DNA of 63,289 nt, counting the filler, from Octopus bimaculoides (taxonomy: Eukaryota), in NCBI RefSeq assembly GCF_001194135.2. It is 11 parts of 11 records of this genome, joined end to end, with 100 filler letters (N's around TTAATTAATTAA, not from the genome) between each part and the next. Parts side by side here need not be neighbours in the genome. Positions count along the whole stretch, not along the records: positions 29,003 to 43,141 come from NW_026421380.1; positions 43,242 to 45,566 come from NC_069003.1; positions 45,667 to 59,233 come from NC_069004.1; 8 more parts are not named here. One strand, written 5' to 3'. Shown here piece by piece: positions 38,280-51,669 of the stretch. Position numbers and translations under genes: made by a program. The notes beneath the pieces were generated by a model, which did not search any database, was not told the DNA's origin, and worked only from the letters and a program-made list of their open reading frames with translations. The number at the start of each line of letters is the position of its first letter. The first letter of the stretch is position 1.

Positions 38280-38769
38280 CATACATACATATATAGTTGA
38301 AATTTACAGAAAAACCAAAGACGAAGACAGGTGAATGAACAACAAGCAGGTGTATTAGTTTGACGCTCAGGAAAGTGAGAAAGTCTTATACATGCATGTG
38401 TGTGTGAGTGTGCAAACATATATATTCATAAATACATACATACATATATATACATACATACATATATATACACACATACACATATACATATATACACACA
38501 TACACATATACATCTATACACACCACATACATATACATCTATACACACCACATACATACATAAAATATATTTAGATTTAATAACTTAAACAAGTGAAAGA
38601 TAAAAGAAACACATATATATATTAAAATACAGTTGAATTAGGTACTTAAATTGAGGTACCTTACCAATTCGGTATAATCTGCACAGCTGTAAGTTAGGTG
38701 AACAGGATGTAAATATGTAACAAGAATGTACATGTGTCAATACAGTACGGCCGTTTCAAGCGAACTATA

Positions 38770-39530
38770 CAGTGACACCTCGCAGTACGAGTTTAATTAC
38801 TTCCATGACCGAGCTCGTTTTATGATTTACTCGTTTTACGATTTACTCGTTTTACAAAACAATTTTCCCCATTGAAATTAACTAAAATATAATTAATCTG
38901 TTCCAGCCCCTAAAACCAGCCAAAAATATTTTTTTATGGGTTTTAAAACAGAAATGGCATAGTTACAAGTAAAATGACAATTATAAAAAAGATAATGTAA
39001 AAGAAACATGTAAACTGGTTTTATTAACTGAATTACCTTAAAGATGGGACGATATGTGCGCGATGAAGACGATGGAGCGGGGTGGAGGAGGGTTACTGTT
39101 TGAAAGGAGATTCTCCTTCCAATAAGACTCTAAGAAGAACAATTTCTGGCGTTTCCTCTCTCACTTCACTTCATTTAGGCTTTTTGGAGAAACTTTCTTA
39201 ATTTTTTACGCTTGCAGGTCGTTTCATTAGAAACATATCGAGAGAAGTTTGCTTATTCTTGCCTTTCAAAATGTTACGAAAATGCGCCAGAGCTGTATCA
39301 TTAAACAAATCAGCTGCACGACCTGTAGATACTTTCTCAGGATTATATTTTTCTACAAATTCAGAAACATACTACCCCTTTGCCAACACTGCTTTATGTC
39401 ACTCGTAGAGACAGCATTCTCTGCTACACTGTCCTCCTCTGGGGAACCAATCCAAATGCTGCTCCTGAAGCTGCAGGGGTTCATCTGTCGTCAATTCCTT
39501 TGAGTGTTCCTCGACGAGATTGTAGTCGTT
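38770..39530 (-). mobile_element. Tigger/pogo element 3' part
   Basis: TA + CAGTGACACCTCG terminus at 38768-38782; the minus strand encodes ADLFNDTALAHFRNILKGKNKQTSLDMF, typical of the Tigger transposase C-terminus. Confidence 0.75.
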
Positions 39531-40440
39531 TTATTACCATTATCTTATGATATTTATTTTGTATTATATTATACTTATTTATTGTGCTTTTACTTATTAA
39601 TTTTCTATATGTGACAGTGGATTTTCATCGATGAGTTCATGAACCTTGGTTCTTTACTCTAAAACTATATGTTTATATTTTATACTGTTAATTTAATTTT
39701 TAATTTACCTGTAAATTTGGATTTTTATCCCTAATATTATTGTTATATATAAATATATATATATATATATATACCCACATACACGGGTATATCCGCATAC
39801 ACACCCACACCCACACACGCGCGCAACACCCTCGCACCCATATACACGCATGTAAAAAGGTCCATACACACGTATATTGATATTATATATATATATANNN
39901 NNNNNNNNNNNNNNNNNNNNNNNNNNNNNNNNNNNNNNNNNNNNNNNNNNNNNNNNNNNNNNNNNNNNNNNNNNNNNNNNNNNNNNNNNNNNNNNNNNNN
40001 NNNNNNNNNNNNNNNNNNNNNNNNNNNNNNNNNNNNNNNNNNNNNNNNNNNNNNNNNNNNNNNNNNNNNNNNNNNNNNNNNNNNNNNNNNNNNNNNNNNN
40101 NNNNNNNNNNNNNNNNNNNNNNNNNNNNNNNNNNNNNNNNNNNNNNNNNNNNNNNNNNNNNNNNNNNNNNNNNNNNNNNNNNNNNNNNNNNNNNNNNNNN
40201 NNNNNNNNNNNNNNNNNNNNNNNNNNNNNNNNNNNNNNNNNNNNNNNNNNNNNNNNNNNNNNNNNNNNNNNNNNNNNNNNNNNNNNNNNNNNNNNNNNNN
40301 NNNNNNNNNNNNNNNNNNNNNNNNNNNNNNNNNNNNNNNNNNNNNNNNNNNNNNNNNNNNNNNNNNNNNNNNNNNNNNNNNNNNNNNNNNNNNNNNNNNN
40401 NNNNNNNTATATATATATATATATATATATGTAAATATAC

Positions 40441-40797
40441 TCTTTTTACTCTTTTACTTGTTTCAGTTATTTGACTGCGGCCATGCTGGAGCACCGCCTT
40501 TAGTCGAGCAAATCGACCCCAGGACTTATTCTTTGGAAGCCTAGTACTTATTCCATCGGTCCCTTTTGCCGAACCGCTAAGTTACGGGGACGTAAACACA
40601 CCAGCATTGGTCGTCAAGCAATGCTAGTGGGGACAAACACAGACACACAAATACATACATACACACACACATATATACATATACACGACGGGCTTCTTTC
40701 AGTTTCCGTCTACCAAATCCACTCACAAGACTTTGGTCGGCCCGAGGCTATAGTAGAAGACATTTGCCCAAGGTGCCACGCAGTGGGACTGAACCCA
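40441..40797 (-). mobile_element. SINE family B (tRNA head + CORE-like ACCTTGGGCAA + (TG)n + tail)
   Basis: Reverse complement gives GGGTTCAGTCCCACTGCGTGGCACCTTGGGCAAATGTCTTCTACTATAGCC...GCGGTGCTCCAGCATGGCCGCAGTCAA. Confidence 0.9.
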
Positions 40798-41216
40798 TGA
40801 ATATATAGTTGTACATATATACATATATATTTATACATAGATATATTTATATATATACATATTTATACATCCATGTGTATACATAGATATATATGCACGC
40901 TCACGCGCACAACAGAGTCCGTTCTAAGGAGGCGCCGTCTACAGTCTGTACATGACTTGTCTCATTCCGCTCTATATTCCTTCCTTATCTCGGCAACCTG
41001 TCATCGGGTTTCTTGAAAGGTTAAACGTGATGCCCTTCCTGCTTTGACTAAGCTAGAGCAAGCTAAACGTTTTATGGTTTAAGAAACACCTTTTGTGCTT
41101 TTCAAAGTCAACAGAGTATGGTGTTAAAGCGCTAAAGTGCTGTGTGTATACAGTTCAGAATAGCACTAACAGCTTTGAAGAAAATGCATGCAAAAGTTTA
41201 TATAGCGCGCGCGCGC

Positions 41217-41273
<57 letters not shown>

Positions 41274-41282
41274 CTAAATGCA

Positions 41283-41438
41283 GAGAGCTGGCAGAATCGT
41301 TAGCACGCCGGGAAAAATGCTTAGCGGTATTTCGTCTGTCTTTACGCTCTGGGTTGAAATTCCGCCGTGATCGACTTTGCTTTTCATCCATTCTGGGTCG
41401 ATAAATTAAGTACCAGTCCGTACTGGGGTCGATATAAT
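41283..41438 (+). mobile_element. SINE family A (3' end in gap)
   Basis: GAGCTGGCAGAATCGTTAGCACGCCGGG head and core. Confidence 0.85.
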
Positions 41439-42037
41439 NNNNNNNNNNNNNNNNNNNNNNNNNNNNNNNNNNNNNNNNNNNNNNNNNNNNNNNNNNNNNN
41501 NNNNNNNNNNNNNNNNNNNNNNNNNNNNNNNNNNNNNNNNNNNNNNNNNNNNNNNNNNNNNNNNNNNNNNNNNNNNNNNNNNNNNNNNNNNNNNNNNNNN
41601 NNNNNNNNNNNNNNNNNNNNNNNNNNNNNNNNNNNNNNNNNNNNNNNNNNNNNNNNNNNNNNNNNNNNNNNNNNNNNNNNNNNNNNNNNNNNNNNNNNNN
41701 NNNNNNNNNNNNNNNNNNNNNNNNNNNNNNNNNNNNNNNNNNNNNNNNNNNNNNNNNNNNNNNNNNNNNNNNNNNNNNNNNNNNNNNNNNNNNNNNNNNN
41801 NNNNNNNNNNNNNNNNNNNNNNNNNNNNNNNNNNNNNNNNNNNNNNNNNNNNNNNNNNNNNNNNNNNNNNNNNNNNNNNNNNNNNNNNNNNNNNNNNNNN
41901 NNNNNNNNNNNNNNNNNNNNNNNNNNNNNNNNNNNNNNNNNNNNNNNNNNNNNNNNNNNNNNNNNNNNNNNNNNNNNTATATATATTACTAGCAGAGATA
42001 CCAGGCGTTGCTCGGGATTAAAGTGACATAGATCTTT

Positions 42038-42235
42038 TATTGTTTTACTTCTTTCCGCCATGTGACTGCGACCATACTGGAGCACCATCGTAATTGGAGG
42101 AAACCGACCCCGAGATTTATTCTTTGTAATCCTAGTACATTTTCTATTGGTGTGTTTTTCCAAACGGCTAAGTTACGGGGACGTAAACATAGCAACATCG
42201 GTTGTCAAGTGATGGTCGGGGTACAAACACAGACA
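42038..42235 (-). mobile_element. SINE family B tail
   Basis: GACTGCGACCATACTGGAGCACC...GCTAAGTTACGGGGACGTAAAC...GGTTGTCAAG. Confidence 0.8.
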
Positions 42236-42246
42236 CACGCATACAA

Positions 42247-42291
<45 letters not shown>

Positions 42292-42305
42292 TACATACAC
42301 CTACG

Positions 42306-42343
<38 letters not shown>

Positions 42344-42349
42344 CGTATA

Positions 42350-42560
42350 TAAATATACATACATATATATATACATATATAAATATACATACATATATAT
42401 ATACATATATAAATATACATACATATATATATACATATATAAATATACATACATATATATATACATATATAAATATACATACATATATATATACATATAT
42501 AAATATACATACATATATATATACATATATAAATATACATACATATATATATACATATAT
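42350..42560. repeat. 30-bp AT-rich minisatellite
   Basis: (ACATATATATATACATATATAAATATACAT)n, about 7 units. Confidence 0.9.
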
Positions 42561-42571
42561 AAAAATATTAC

Positions 42572-42962
42572 ATTGTATAAAGGTTCGTGGATAAGGCCAA
42601 AACAATGCGAGATAAATGCAAGGTAAATCACAAGAAAACAAATATGTGAATTAATGTATTCAATATTTCGGGGTTATGACCCCATTTTCAAGAAATCGAC
42701 GAATGTTGCCGATGTGCTTGTGAGTGAGCGTGTGTTGAGTGGGCACGCGCGGAAGCTACGTGGTTGCTATAGCAAAACCCTTCTGCGCATGTCCACACCA
42801 CACACACTCAGCACAGGCACATGGGCAACATTCGCCAATTTCTTGAAATTGGGGTCATAACCCCGAAATATTGAATACATTAATTCACATATTTGTTTTC
42901 TTGTGATTTACCTTGCATTTATCTCGCATTGTTTTGGCCTTACCTACGATCCTTTATACAAT
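42572..42962. repeat. ~390-bp near-complete palindrome (foldback/MITE)
   Basis: Outer arms (ATTGTATAAAGG... / ...CCTTTATACAAT) match almost base for base for ~150 bp; inner arms are more diverged; central TTGCTATAGCAA at 42764-42775. Confidence 0.95.
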
Positions 42963-43284
42963 ATATTCTACACAATGCTTCTTACTAATTATTCCATTAT
43001 AATGTATGCACATACATATATAGACATATATATAAATATGCATGTATATACATATGTATATATACATATACATACATGTCTATATATATATATATACATA
43101 CATATGTATATATATGTATATATACATATACATACATGTCTNNNNNNNNNNNNNNNNNNNNNNNNNNNNNNNNNNNNNNNNNNNNTTAATTAATTAANNN
43201 NNNNNNNNNNNNNNNNNNNNNNNNNNNNNNNNNNNNNNNNNGAAGAATTCGGCGCGACATCAGGATGTGACAGAGAATTACAGG

Positions 43285-43400
43285 TACAACTCATAGTTGC
43301 CAGTTGGTTGGACTGGAGCCAAGTGTCTTGCTCAAGCACACAACGCACCGCCAAGTATCGAACTCACTACGTTATGATCATGAGCCGAATACACTCAACC
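43285..43400 (-). mobile_element. SINE family C
   Basis: Reverse complement GAAGGCGCATGGCTTAGTGGTTGAG...AGTTCGATAC...GCGTTGTGTGC. Confidence 0.65.
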
Positions 43401-43421
43401 ACTAAGCCATGCGCCTTCACT

Positions 43422-43452
<31 letters not shown>

Positions 43453-43868
43453 ACACATACACACACACACATACACACTCATACATACACATACACACAC
43501 ATACACACACACACATACACACACATACACACACACATACACACATACATACACACACATACACATACATACACACACATACACACGCACATACACACAC
43601 ACACATGCACACACACACATACACACACATACACACACACATATACACACACACATACACACACACATGCACACACACACATACACACACACAGACACAC
43701 ACATACCCCATCTACCCGAAACCGTGTCGACCGAAATAGAACTCAACAGAAAAAGTTTCTAATCATTATCCACTTAGCAACCTTTCAGATTAAAATCTAT
43801 ACGTGTTTTCGAAATATATATATATATATATATATATAGCATGTGTGTGTGTTGTGTGTGTGTGTGTG

Positions 43869-43910
<42 letters not shown>

Positions 43911-44310
43911 TTGTGGGTGGAGGGGAGACAAAGAGATGCATGTAGATAATACAAACACGCACATAAATATATACAAATTACAAATATATATACACACACA
44001 CGTATATTTACACACACACACACTCACACACACATACAAAACACATATACACACACAGATATAAGTTACGTTTTACTAAAATTACATTATATATATATAT
44101 ACTTTATCAAACGACCGTCAGTCATGCATGAAGAACAATTTGTAATCAACGATCTTGCGTCGTTCGGTGCAAATTGAACACGTCAACTCTAATTATTTTG
44201 CAAGTCATATATTATTTGTTTGATAACAATGTATGTATGTATGTACGTATGTATGTATGTATGTATGTATGTACACACACATTACACTATCCAATATTTG
44301 ACTCAAAGTC

Positions 44311-44358
<48 letters not shown>

Positions 44359-44619
44359 NNNNNNNNNNNNNNNNNNNNNNNNNNNNNNNNNNNNNNNNNN
44401 NNNNNNNNNNNNNNNNNNNNNNNNNNNNNNNNNNNNNNNNNNNNNNNNNNNNNNNNNNNNNNNNNNNNNNNNNNNNNNNNNNNNNNNNNNNNNNNNNNNN
44501 NNNNNNNNNNNNNNNNNNNNNNNNNNNNNNNNNNNNNNNNNNNNNNNCATACACACATACATACATGTATTTATACATACATACATACACACATACTCTA
44601 TCTCTCTGCCTCCGTTCCC

Positions 44620-44663
<44 letters not shown>

Positions 44664-44951
44664 TACACTTACATAACTGAATACACGAGTATATTTAATT
44701 TACTGGTAGGCAGAAAATTTACTTTTCTACCGATTAAATATATGTACATACATACGTATATACAAATACATACATTATATGCTTGCGTGCAACAATATAC
44801 GAGTACATTTACGATGTCGTGCAGCTACTGTTTATACCTCGATCAGAGATTTATTATTGCTTGTTTCCACTTTTTCGAGATCAGTGACTTTTCGTCACTG
44901 GAAAAGTATATTTGCATTGAGAATCATTTCCCATCGCCAACCGGTGGTTGT

Positions 44952-44996
44952 CACACGCTGATGACGGGTCAACACCCAGAAATTCGGGTCCGTGTG
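44952..44996 (+). ncRNA. Type I hammerhead ribozyme fold with extended stem I (full structure 44928-45021)
   Basis: CACACG/CGTGTG stem I; CTGATGA 44958-44964; GGGT-caac-ACCC stem II; GAAA 44979-44982; GTC 44988-44990; distal 13/15-bp helix 44928-44942 with 45007-45021. Confidence 0.8.
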
Positions 44997-45296
44997 TATC
45001 ACGTCAGGCTGGAGATGGGAACGATGACTTCTTTTTTCAAATACTGATAGAGCATAGATAGTGTGTCAATAGCTAGCTGGAGGAGATGCCTTCCTGGGGC
45101 TACAAGCTACAGTAGCATCAACCCTTAAGTGTTAGCCACATTTAGGTGGCAAATATACTTCACGATATATATATATGTTCATATGATGATATCTCCACAA
45201 TGTGTTGATGAGATAAACATGTAATCGCTACAAAAATAGCAAGAGATTTCTCCCCAAAGGTCTAAAGTAGACTCCTTATGGATCGATCTCCTTGGT

Positions 45297-45550
45297 TATA
45301 TATCAAAAATTTAAAATTTAAAAGAGAGTTTTGACGCTGATATCCATTATTATTGAAGTTTATTCCTATATCAACATTTTTGTATAAGGCTATATTTAAT
45401 CCTGATGATGTGTAAGGTAAATTATTTATTTAACTTGAATTTGACAGTTAAATATAGCCTTATACAGAAATGTTAACATAGGAATAAACTTCAATAATAA
45501 TGGATATTAGCGTCAAAACTCACTTTTAAATTTTAAATTTTTGATATATA
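45297..45550. repeat. Foldback with 103-bp arms and 48-bp spacer
   Basis: 45297-45399 is the reverse complement of 45448-45550 with few mismatches. Confidence 0.9.
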
Positions 45551-45666
45551 TATATACATATATATANNNNNNNNNNNNNNNNNNNNNNNNNNNNNNNNNN
45601 NNNNNNNNNNTTAATTAATTAANNNNNNNNNNNNNNNNNNNNNNNNNNNNNNNNNNNNNNNNNNNN

Positions 45667-45703
<37 letters not shown>

Positions 45704-46013
45704 GTGTGTGTGTATATGTATCTGTGTATAAGTGTGTGAGTATGTGCGTGTATGTATTGACGTTGTCGTTCACTCCTGTAAAAATCTACGATAAAAACGG
45801 CGGTGATCGATAACTCAGTGTCAGATGAAAATCAATGAAAGTTATTAGAAATGCAACAATGTATGGGTAATCGATCAAATATAGGTTTCTGGGACTATTT
45901 GAAACTCAAGCATAATCATAACCGATGGCTGTTATATATTATTTTAGCCCAAGGCTTTCATGTTTATTAGTTATGCCATTTGTTTAGCTTTCTCGTCGTG
46001 TAATTTTTATGTG

Positions 46014-46110
46014 AAGGCGTGTGGCTTAGAGGTAAAAGTATTTGGTTCATGCTCATACGAGCGTGGTTTCGATTCATGACAGCGCGTTGTGTCCTGGCGC
46101 AACACATTTT
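46014..46110 (+). mobile_element. SINE family C head
   Basis: GAAGGCGTGTGGCTTAGAGG...GGTTTCGATTC...GCGTTGTGTCC. Confidence 0.55.
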
Positions 46111-47132
46111 ATTTCATGTTGCTTTTTGTTCACTAGATCCAAATTATAAATTCAGGTTTATACTAATAATAATTTGTGGGGTGTTATTTCTTCTGCTGCA
46201 TTTGACGGAGACGCTCGTTGAGAATATTCTTGCAGTTACATGATTTTGAATTGTTGTTGGTTCGCATCCAGAATGTACTTTTTGTATATACGCAATGTAC
46301 ANNNNNNNNNNNNNNNNNNNNNNNNNNNNNNNNNNNNNNNNNNNNNNNNNNNNNNNNNNNNNNNNNNNNNNNNNNNNNNNNNNNNNNNNNNNNNNNNNNN
46401 NNNNNNNNNNNNNNNNNNNNNNNNNNNNNNNNNNNNNNNNNNNNNNNNNNNNNNNNNNNNNNNNNNNNNNNNNNNNNNNNNNNNNNNNNNNNNNNNNNNN
46501 NNNNNNNNNNNNNNNNNNNNNNNNNNNNNNNNNNNNNNNNNNNNNNNNNNNNNNNNNNNNNNNNNNNNNNNNNNNNNNNNNNNNNNNNNNNNNNNNNNNN
46601 NNNNNNNNNNNNNNNNNNNNNNNNNNNNNNNNNNNNNNNNNNNNNNNNNNNNNNNNNNNNNNNNNNNNNNNNNNNNNNNNNNNNNNNNNNNNNNNNNNNN
46701 NNNNNNNNNNNNNNNNNNNNNNNNNNNNNNNNNNNNNNNNNNNNNNNNNNNNNNNNNNNNNNNNNNNNNNNNNNNNNNNNNNNNNNNNNNNNNNNNNNNN
46801 NNNNNNNNNNNNNNNNNNNNNNNNNNNNNNNNNNNNNNNNNNNNNNNNNNNNNNNNNNNNNNNNNNNNNNNNNNNNNNNNNNNNNNNNNNNNNNNNNNNN
46901 NNNNNNNNNNNNNNNNNNNNNNNNNNNNNNNNNNNNNNNNNNNNNNNNNNNNNNNNNNNNNNNNNNNNNNNNNNNNNNNNNNNNNNNNNNNNNNNNNNNN
47001 NNNNNNNNNNNNNNNNNNNNNNNNNNNNNNNNNNNNNNNNNNNNNNNNNNNNNNNNNNNNNNNNNNNNNNNNNNNNNNNNNNNNNNNNNNNNNNNNNNNN
47101 NNNNNNNNNNNNNNNNNNNNNNNNNNNNNNNN

Positions 47133-47165
<33 letters not shown>

Positions 47166-47409
47166 TGATAGATAGATATCTTTTTTATTATGGCCACACA
47201 GGGCTAAATACAGAAAGTGGACAAAATACAATGTAGAGCTTTTCTTTTGGGGGACAAAGAAAAAAAGAGAAGTGGGGGGTAGAATTTCGATCAAAAGGGA
47301 TTGTAAAAAAAAAACATGGGGAAAGCCGATCAATAGGGATCGTGTATCACAGTCAATGTAAAAGAGAGGAACAGATTAGGTTTATCCGTTGAGAGAAAAG
47401 CCTACGGAA

Positions 47410-47890
47410 AAGACCACGGTCACCTCAGGCTTTTTTTTTTTTAATGGTACCTTTTCTCTCTTTGTCTCTTTTTCTTACATGTTTATGCTTAAACTGGTGT
47501 CGTCTTTCGTACTTAGCATTCTTGCCACGTTTACCCATTTTTTATTGAAATATTCATTCGATAGCACTTTCCTCTCTATTCTCATCCTTCTTTTCAAGTG
47601 GTACTTGAAAAAGTTGACGAGAAACTGACCAGAGAGGAAAGTGTTTGTAAACCTTTCAAACGCGTCCACCACACGCAATCTTTCGCCATAGCTTTCAGTG
47701 TTACGAAAACTGTTTTTCCTTCCCGTTTAAAGGAAGGTGGCAGAACAATATTCACGATAGACTCGGCTGATAGGCGGACTCTTCCTACACGCGACAACAG
47801 CCATTCGACGAAGGTCCACAACTCTGAAATATCTGGACATTGCACGAGTGCGTGCAGAACAGTTTCGTCGCTCTGACCGTATCGTTGGTA
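47410..47890 (-). mobile_element. Tx1-clade LINE 3' end, same family as 10531-11870
   Basis: DETVLHALVQCPDISELWTFVEWLL...AMAKDCVWWTR, homologous to the C-terminus of the 10.5-kb copy. Confidence 0.85.
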
Positions 47891-48771
47891 TACCAAAGAA
47901 CATAACAAAAATTTATCTAAATTCTTTATTAAGCTGTTTCGTAAATCTAATGCAACATTAAATACAGATTAATGTAAAATTCTATCTGAATCTATGTACA
48001 TCGTATATTATGAAATTAGCCGTAACGAATGCATCCTAAATCATCACGTTTTACTCAAGTTAAAGAACTCCTATAACGAATCTATCCGTTTGTTATTCTT
48101 TATGTTTTTTTCCGCTTCCCCGAAAGAAGAAAACATCTAATCAACCGTCAGTTTTCTCTGGGGGGGAAAAAAAGTTCAACTGCAATCAGTGAGACAGGAA
48201 GGCGATTATGGTATGTGTCAAGACTAAATTAGAAGAACATGTATCGTTTGCCATCAAGACAAACGCCTCCGGGACTGCCATCGAGACTACAGTACTACTT
48301 CAAATTTTCTATGGCCTGATAAGATCCAATGTCCGACTCACAATACTACTTTGCTAAATGTCAGAAAAATGGATATTTTCCAAAACACTGTAGGACCTCG
48401 GAAGAACCACTAACCGCTTCTATTGTCTTTGTGATACACGCTTGTATATCTTTTACGTTAAACAACTTAATCATTGACATTTTTTTCCTAGATTAACAAT
48501 CTTTTCTCGGTCATTGAATTCTACTGAGAAATATTATTAGGCGATAGTCAAGACTGCCAAAACAGTGGCGCCACTTTCTCTAAAGCAGATGATATGCTCT
48601 GATGACTGATCACAAATCAGTATATGATCGATATATAAAACACAAAACTAGAATTAAAAGTAAGTCGTAATAACATCTAATTCGTGACCGAAGTCTTTTC
48701 TCTCTGGGTTTACACAATAACAGAAACTTCATTTCTGGTTTTCACCTCTATTTACATCTTCCACTACTTGG

Positions 48772-48802
<31 letters not shown>

Positions 48803-49071
48803 TTACCCTCAGCTACAAGATTATGATAATGCGGGGGCATTGCATGTTTTAGTTATTTGGCCCGAGGTCAACCTTAGAAACATTATCTACAATTACATAG
48901 ATAATGAGACGTGGCAACTATGACAGTATTGCAAGATAAATTATATCTTCAGGACTATGTAGAATGAAAAGGAAGGAAAACTGTGGGTCATTGATAGCTG
49001 CTGTAGACTGCAGCACATCAAAGCATCAATGCAGTAAGGTGTTGTATATCAAGGTATATATTCTTTTTTAC

Positions 49072-49210
49072 TCTAGGCACAAGGCCTAAAATTTTGGGGG
49101 ATTACATCGATCTCAGTACACAACTGGTACTTTATTTATCGAGCCCGAAAGGATGAAAGGCATATTCGACCCCGGTGGAATTTGAACTCAAAACTAAAGC
49201 CAATCTGCCA
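49072..49210 (-). mobile_element. SINE family A fragment
   Basis: CTGGTACTTTATTTATCGAGCCCGAAAGGATGAAAGGC...TTTGAACTCA. Confidence 0.75.
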
Positions 49211-50383
49211 ACTGTAGCGTGGTTCTATCATTTAGTAACTTGGTAGTGTAGTAGTTTGGTAGTTTATTTCAAACAACAGACCACGCTAGAGAGAGAGAGA
49301 GAGGGAGGGGGACAGAGGGGGAACAAAATAACAGAGAAAAGAGAGAAATAAAATAATAAAGAAAAAAATCACAAAGAAAAACGATTTGTCTTGTTGGAGA
49401 AATTTAAGAAAAAATATTTATACAGATTCCCTGAAGAGATTTAGAGATTCAACGTTACGCATGTGAGGCAGGTGGGGGAGGGGGAAAAAACAAGGTAATT
49501 TGTCTCCATCTAATCAATAAATGATATAGTATGTATGTGCGTGAGTGTCCATCTACACATAAAGCATTATGTATATGTGGGAGTAAACAAACCTGGTCTT
49601 GCTTCGGGAACGGGAATTGTTGTAGGTTGACGGAGCTCGAAGTTTAAGAGACCACGTGATCAATAACTTGCGTGTATTTGTTTTTTTGTTTTTGTTTTTT
49701 TTTGTCTTCTATTATAGTTCAATTTCTATCTAGAACTGTGGTTGTTAACCCGGGTCCGCATGATCCTAGGGATCCATTTAAGATTTTGCTGTTAATGATA
49801 ATGTCCAATAAATTGCTTTAAGAAAATTACTATTTGTAAAAATCTCACAACGAGAGATATTCAGTAACAGTACTTTGGAATAAAGATTGTTTGCCAACAT
49901 AACATGGTTTAGGACGAATGTTGCTGCAATTTTAGACCCAGGAGACATCGTCTCCAGCTGGCTATACGACACTATCTGTGTGCTTATATTTTCGAACAAG
50001 GGAATTTAGCACCCCCACTCAGCTCAAAACAGTATCTGAGTAACGCGATTTCCGGGAATGAAGGGAAATAACCTGGAAATCTCAATATACAGATTCAGTT
50101 CGACTTCAATTCGATTCAGGTACGTGATGTTGATATGCTCACAAAATGGCGAAACATCAATGTTCCTCGCTTCTGAATGGGATTTAGAATGAATTGTCTC
50201 TCCTGTCCGTGAATTTAAGATGTTCTAACACCCGGCGCCTTGAGGGTGTCATCCTCACCGCGCTAAGTTGCAGCTTTCTGGCGAACAAGCACTGCCTATA
50301 TATTGAGTATGTGCGCAGTCGATAATGCTTTCAACAGTGGCGCCACTTCTAAACATATTTGAATAATAATAATAATAATAATA

Positions 50384-50447
<64 letters not shown>

Positions 50448-50458
50448 TAATGTTAATG

Positions 50459-50509
<51 letters not shown>

Positions 50510-51669
50510 CGGGATGTTCACAGTTGGAATGCTTTTGATAATAGGTCTACTGCATCAAAGCTTACACGTGTGGTTTAAACTACAACGACAGCACCAGCAA
50601 GAACAATTGCAACAACTTAGATACGAAAATTGTTACTTTGTTCTAATCAAAAGAAACTGTAACGTTTTCCTTTTGTGATGTTCAAAGAATGAAATATAAC
50701 GACAATATTTTCAGTCCATTTCATTGACACAATAAACTTAACATGTATTTCAACTTCTAAGAAAATCTAATGCAATTTTCTCATTACGGAAACTTAATCT
50801 GGCGGTCGGAATGTATAATACAATGTTTCTCAATTGTAAAAGACTGAGAATGAAATTTGCAAAAAAGGAATTCTTTTTTTCGTTTTTATTCTGTTTATCA
50901 ATTGATGTGTGATTCTTAACAGTTCAGTTGCCAACAGTTTGAAAATGAAAGAGTCAGCTTGAAGCGTTGATGTAGCAAACACGCTTTTATATGTTTGTTG
51001 CATATCATTATAGACTACAGCGTTACCCCATCACTTGACGTATAACGTTGTGAATATACTTTTGTTTCTAAAGTTGATACTTGTAGTTACGCGTACCTCT
51101 GATTCGTTCAACAGTGATCCGAGATAACAAAGAACACGGAACAGCTCAAATTTGAACCATGTTACTCTCATTACGGACTGACAGGCGTAATTAGATTGAA
51201 ACACATGTGTCTGGTGAACCACTGGTGTTCTGCGCAAATCCCTGTATGCTTAACCCCAAATTCTCTTTAAACAGTTTCTTTGTGAGAAAATATTAGAGTT
51301 CGTGTCGTTCCACGTTCGTAATATATTTTATAAATATTATACTCAAAAGCATTAGAACTGGAGGAAACATGTGGAGAAAGAGTCGCTGAAGCAACCACAG
51401 ATGTGTGACGAAAGATTTCCAGGCAATAGACATAAGATAAAATAAAAACAATAAGAAACGAGTGAAGAACGAATATATAGTGCGTGTGTTTATTTGACAA
51501 GGAAAAAAAATGACCCACACGAAACATAACATAATATATTTTTCTTTTAAAATTTCAAGGTACTTAAAATGAAGGAAAAAATGCTAATTCTTGAAACAAA
51601 ATAAAATATTCATATAATGAGCTAAATTTTTTTGTTTCTTCATTTGCATCATTTTGTTATTATACAGGT

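Noticed and set aside
45400-45447. CTGATGA in the foldback loop as a hammerhead or C-box
   Set aside because: No GAAA or stem II, and no D box with terminal stem.
48330-48400. KCQKNGYFPKHC as a gag-type zinc knuckle
   Set aside because: The first Cys and the His are missing and there is no supporting ORF.
49425-49470. CTGAAGAG...ATTCAACGTT as a hammerhead
   Set aside because: GAAA is missing and there is no stem I.
51172-51215. Hammerhead-like CTGACAG...GAAACACATGTGTC upstream of the Penelope fragment
   Set aside because: Palindromic stem III is present, but the core is CTGACAG rather than CTGANGA, stem II is absent and stem I does not pair at the GTC site; at best a ruin.
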